This document shows, piece by piece, positions 24,001-25,077 of a stretch of 25,077 bases of DNA (positions are counted from its first letter, which is position 1; each line of letters opens with the position of its first letter). A program made the position numbers and the translations under genes. The stretch covers positions 1 through 25,077 of IMG/VR virus record IMGVR_UViG_3300048861_000143, one strand, 5' to 3'. The notes below the pieces were generated by a model, which saw nothing but the letters and a program-made list of their open reading frames with translations, made no database searches and was not told where the DNA came from. Source of the DNA: a virus.

Positions 24001-25077
24001 GGATTGACCCACCACTGAGACCCAGCTTCGCCGTAATTCGGGCCGCCTCGACCGTCGGTCGAATCGTTCGCGCAGAGCGCAAACGGATCACCTGAAGCCC
24101 ACGTGCGGTGTATCGAGAGGCCTTGGCTTCCGGAGTACGAGAAGCGCGGGGTCGCGGTCGGAGTGGGCGCCGGTGTGGGTGTCGGAGTGGTCGTGTGCAG
24201 CCGATACTGCGGCTGGTAGGTGATCGGCAGAGTTCCCGTTGCCGACGGCTGAAAGGTGAGCGTGAGGCTGGTTCCGGTGACGTTCGTTGCAGCCAGCCCA
24301 GTAGGAGCGCTCGGAGCAACGGAGCTTGGAGCCGAAGTGACAGCCGACTGAACGGTAGAGACGGAAGATCCTGCCGTGCTTGAGGCCGTCACCCGGAAGT
24401 CGTACGTGGTCGAGGGAGAAAGCCCGGTGATCGTTGCCGAGTAGCCGTTCGTGCCGGACCAGTTGCTCCAGCTCGAGCTGGAGCGCGGCTTGTACTGCGG
24501 GACGTAGGAGATCGTCCCGGATCCGACCGAGGCCGTCCAACTCAGAGCGACGGAAGAACTCGTGACCGCACCAAGGGTGACCGTCGGCGCACTCGGCGGA
24601 CTCGTCGAAGGCTGCTGCGAAGCCAGCCAGGTCTTGGCGTTGGCGATTTCGGTCGCCAGCGTGCGGCCCTCATCGTCGAGGTTCCCATTGCCGTCAGTGA
24701 GGTTGTCCGAGAAAGACTGGCCGATATACCAGTTCCATTCAGCAAACCCGCAGGTAAGACCCTGGGTCATTGCCCAACTGGTTACGGCTGTCCGCACCTG
24801 CGCTGCGTTCGCGTCGTCATGAACGCCATCGGTAGAAACGCCGAATTCCCAGATTCCGACCGGCATCGGGCCGGACGCTGTGGTTATCGCCTGGACGGAC
24901 AAAATACCCGTCCCGGAGGTGTCACCCTTCAGCGTCGCGTTGACATTATTCTGGTTGGTGGTGTCGACATTCCCTAGGTAGGCGCTGACCGCCCAGCCAT
25001 AGAAGTGCATGTCCATGGCCACGTTGGTCATGGATCGGTATTGCGAGGCGTCTACTGCGCCGACGCCCGTGTTCCGT
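21048..25077 (-). CDS. Partial (5' end outside window) modular protein: GH5 C-part, FN3, half FN3, GH16-like, unknown domain, Trp-rich repeat, esterase
   Basis: Frame is open from 25031 to the window edge. MHFY/WEFG/WNW (GH5 tail); YGYYE...WPPEID...HVYGIDW....FYIDG (GH16); TGNSMGG/HGAQD/HDVW (esterase). Confidence 0.85.
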   Translation of the reverse strand, partial: RNTGVGAVDASQYRSMTNVAMDMHFYGWAVSAYLGNVDTTNQNNVNATLKGDTSGTGILSVQAITTASGPMPVGIWEFGVSTDGVHDDANAAQVRTAVTSWAMTQGLTCGFAEWNWYIGQSFSDNLTDGNGNLDDEGRTLATEIANAKTWLASQQPSTSPPSAPTVTLGAVTSSSVALSWTASVGSGTISYVPQYKPRSSSSWSNWSGTNGYSATITGLSPSTTYDFRVTASSTAGSSVSTVQSAVTSAPSSVAPSAPTGLAATNVTGTSLTLTFQPSATGTLPITYQPQYRLHTTTPTPTPAPTPTATPRFSYSGSQGLSIHRTWASGDPFALCANDSTDGRGGPNYGEAGSQWWVNPYNPSTPISGVYQIQSNQLLLGLIPTPADYQSYIDGQAGAHMPFTGALLNTGNTDFNTYGYYEISVAVDRINGFAFQMDLESYPLIQTWPPEIDLRISTDNTGVQTVLFQVARDTSNTNNFIWTTSSAQGFDARQTHVYGIDWQSSGITFYIDGSQVYRVTPLPPNGNYGTKAFLYLLTGSDYVNIGGDPNPAQLPGYARINYINTYDTRPGGTTTPTPTPSPTPSPTPSPTPAPTPTPTPSPTGATRIWYRNPSQNGSFLVKPIEKTASIITTGSMATALRNGLNGSPSGVLNIAPNWAQPMWVGKQGDPVGTVTDGNKTISVPLPVGATMEQPGDFGIGGYDLTHPYRMWNIGVTSMTDANGNSISTISAPGWRIQGNLLDISDGSGPLFEDQVTGQPGTGNAYALIQEWELQQALADPNWVCEHMLAYSLDYRTMNNLQMPNGKPVWPLQLIDTSFPNSGSIIQGLTVAIPQNAVYPSSKVGNRAFKFWWDVLQRFGGCYYNQAGSGCISFEAYPLTQATLAFAQQLAGELSAAIAYIGYLDYQPGNPGAQYSLDTLKGKLPGQPSNPAFPEPPPLDLSPTGGVNISPSSFGAWYPSGYNVTPTNAPVSGGTTTPTPTPSPTPSPTPSPSPTPSPDRTVVMAGSGSVIQDASGNVWSITSGGQVAVNGVADTSTSNVVELAYVSGTVWQENSSGYWYGKTSPSASWQPQLGTTTSPLTTSSGGTGNTGGPLISAPLSGTVTPGTWQVSTIQGVTYGMLPPANYDPTKSYPLILYMHQFSWGSMGWDTLEGQLDPWFNTAAWRKTNPCFVVAPMCYQGSDGGDASQNWGGVDPGDQPAQDAAIALVKQMIATYPIYVSKVYVTGNSMGGIGSWDCIIKFNRPAGTQDRLFSAALIMAGATYDHGMPPDASVISALKTVPIYAIHGAQDTNVPLDWDRACYTALNPNAGGKMKYLERSDMSHDVWDTYYLDSTVWQWLFSQTL

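Larger units (their letters stand above)
1..25077. mobile_element. Phage or prophage region (no att site or boundary visible)
   Basis: Tail fibre, endolysin, holin/spanin candidates, dense small coupled ORFs; no host housekeeping genes. Confidence 0.85.

Overview
GC-rich (pro)phage segment; an alphaproteobacterial, Acetobacteraceae-like host is inferred from protein style only. Right part (5341-25077, all minus strand) is a late operon: two giant FN3/glycoside-hydrolase proteins, tail fibre and chaperone, a GT-A glycosyltransferase, an unusually rich lysis cassette (RlpA-like, GH108 endolysin, class-3 lipase, holin and spanin candidates), then a 1467-aa GH5/esterase protein and a terminator. 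Left part (1-5289) is the most striking: two divergent arrays of tiny genes hinge on a degenerate serine-resolvase-fold gene (2584-3285). In the left array 12 consecutive genes carry the same DNA word (A-R-ACG-GC, read as K/E/Q-T-A) in frame within the first ~5-11 codons, just downstream of the previous gene's stop. In the right array related AANCGGA words sit between each stop codon and the next start. This looks like an integron-like, frame-locked cassette system (inference). One right-array unit appears to be a ~150-nt structured RNA. An FN3 domain also appears split between the two giant proteins. All family calls come from motif recognition by eye; no searches were run.
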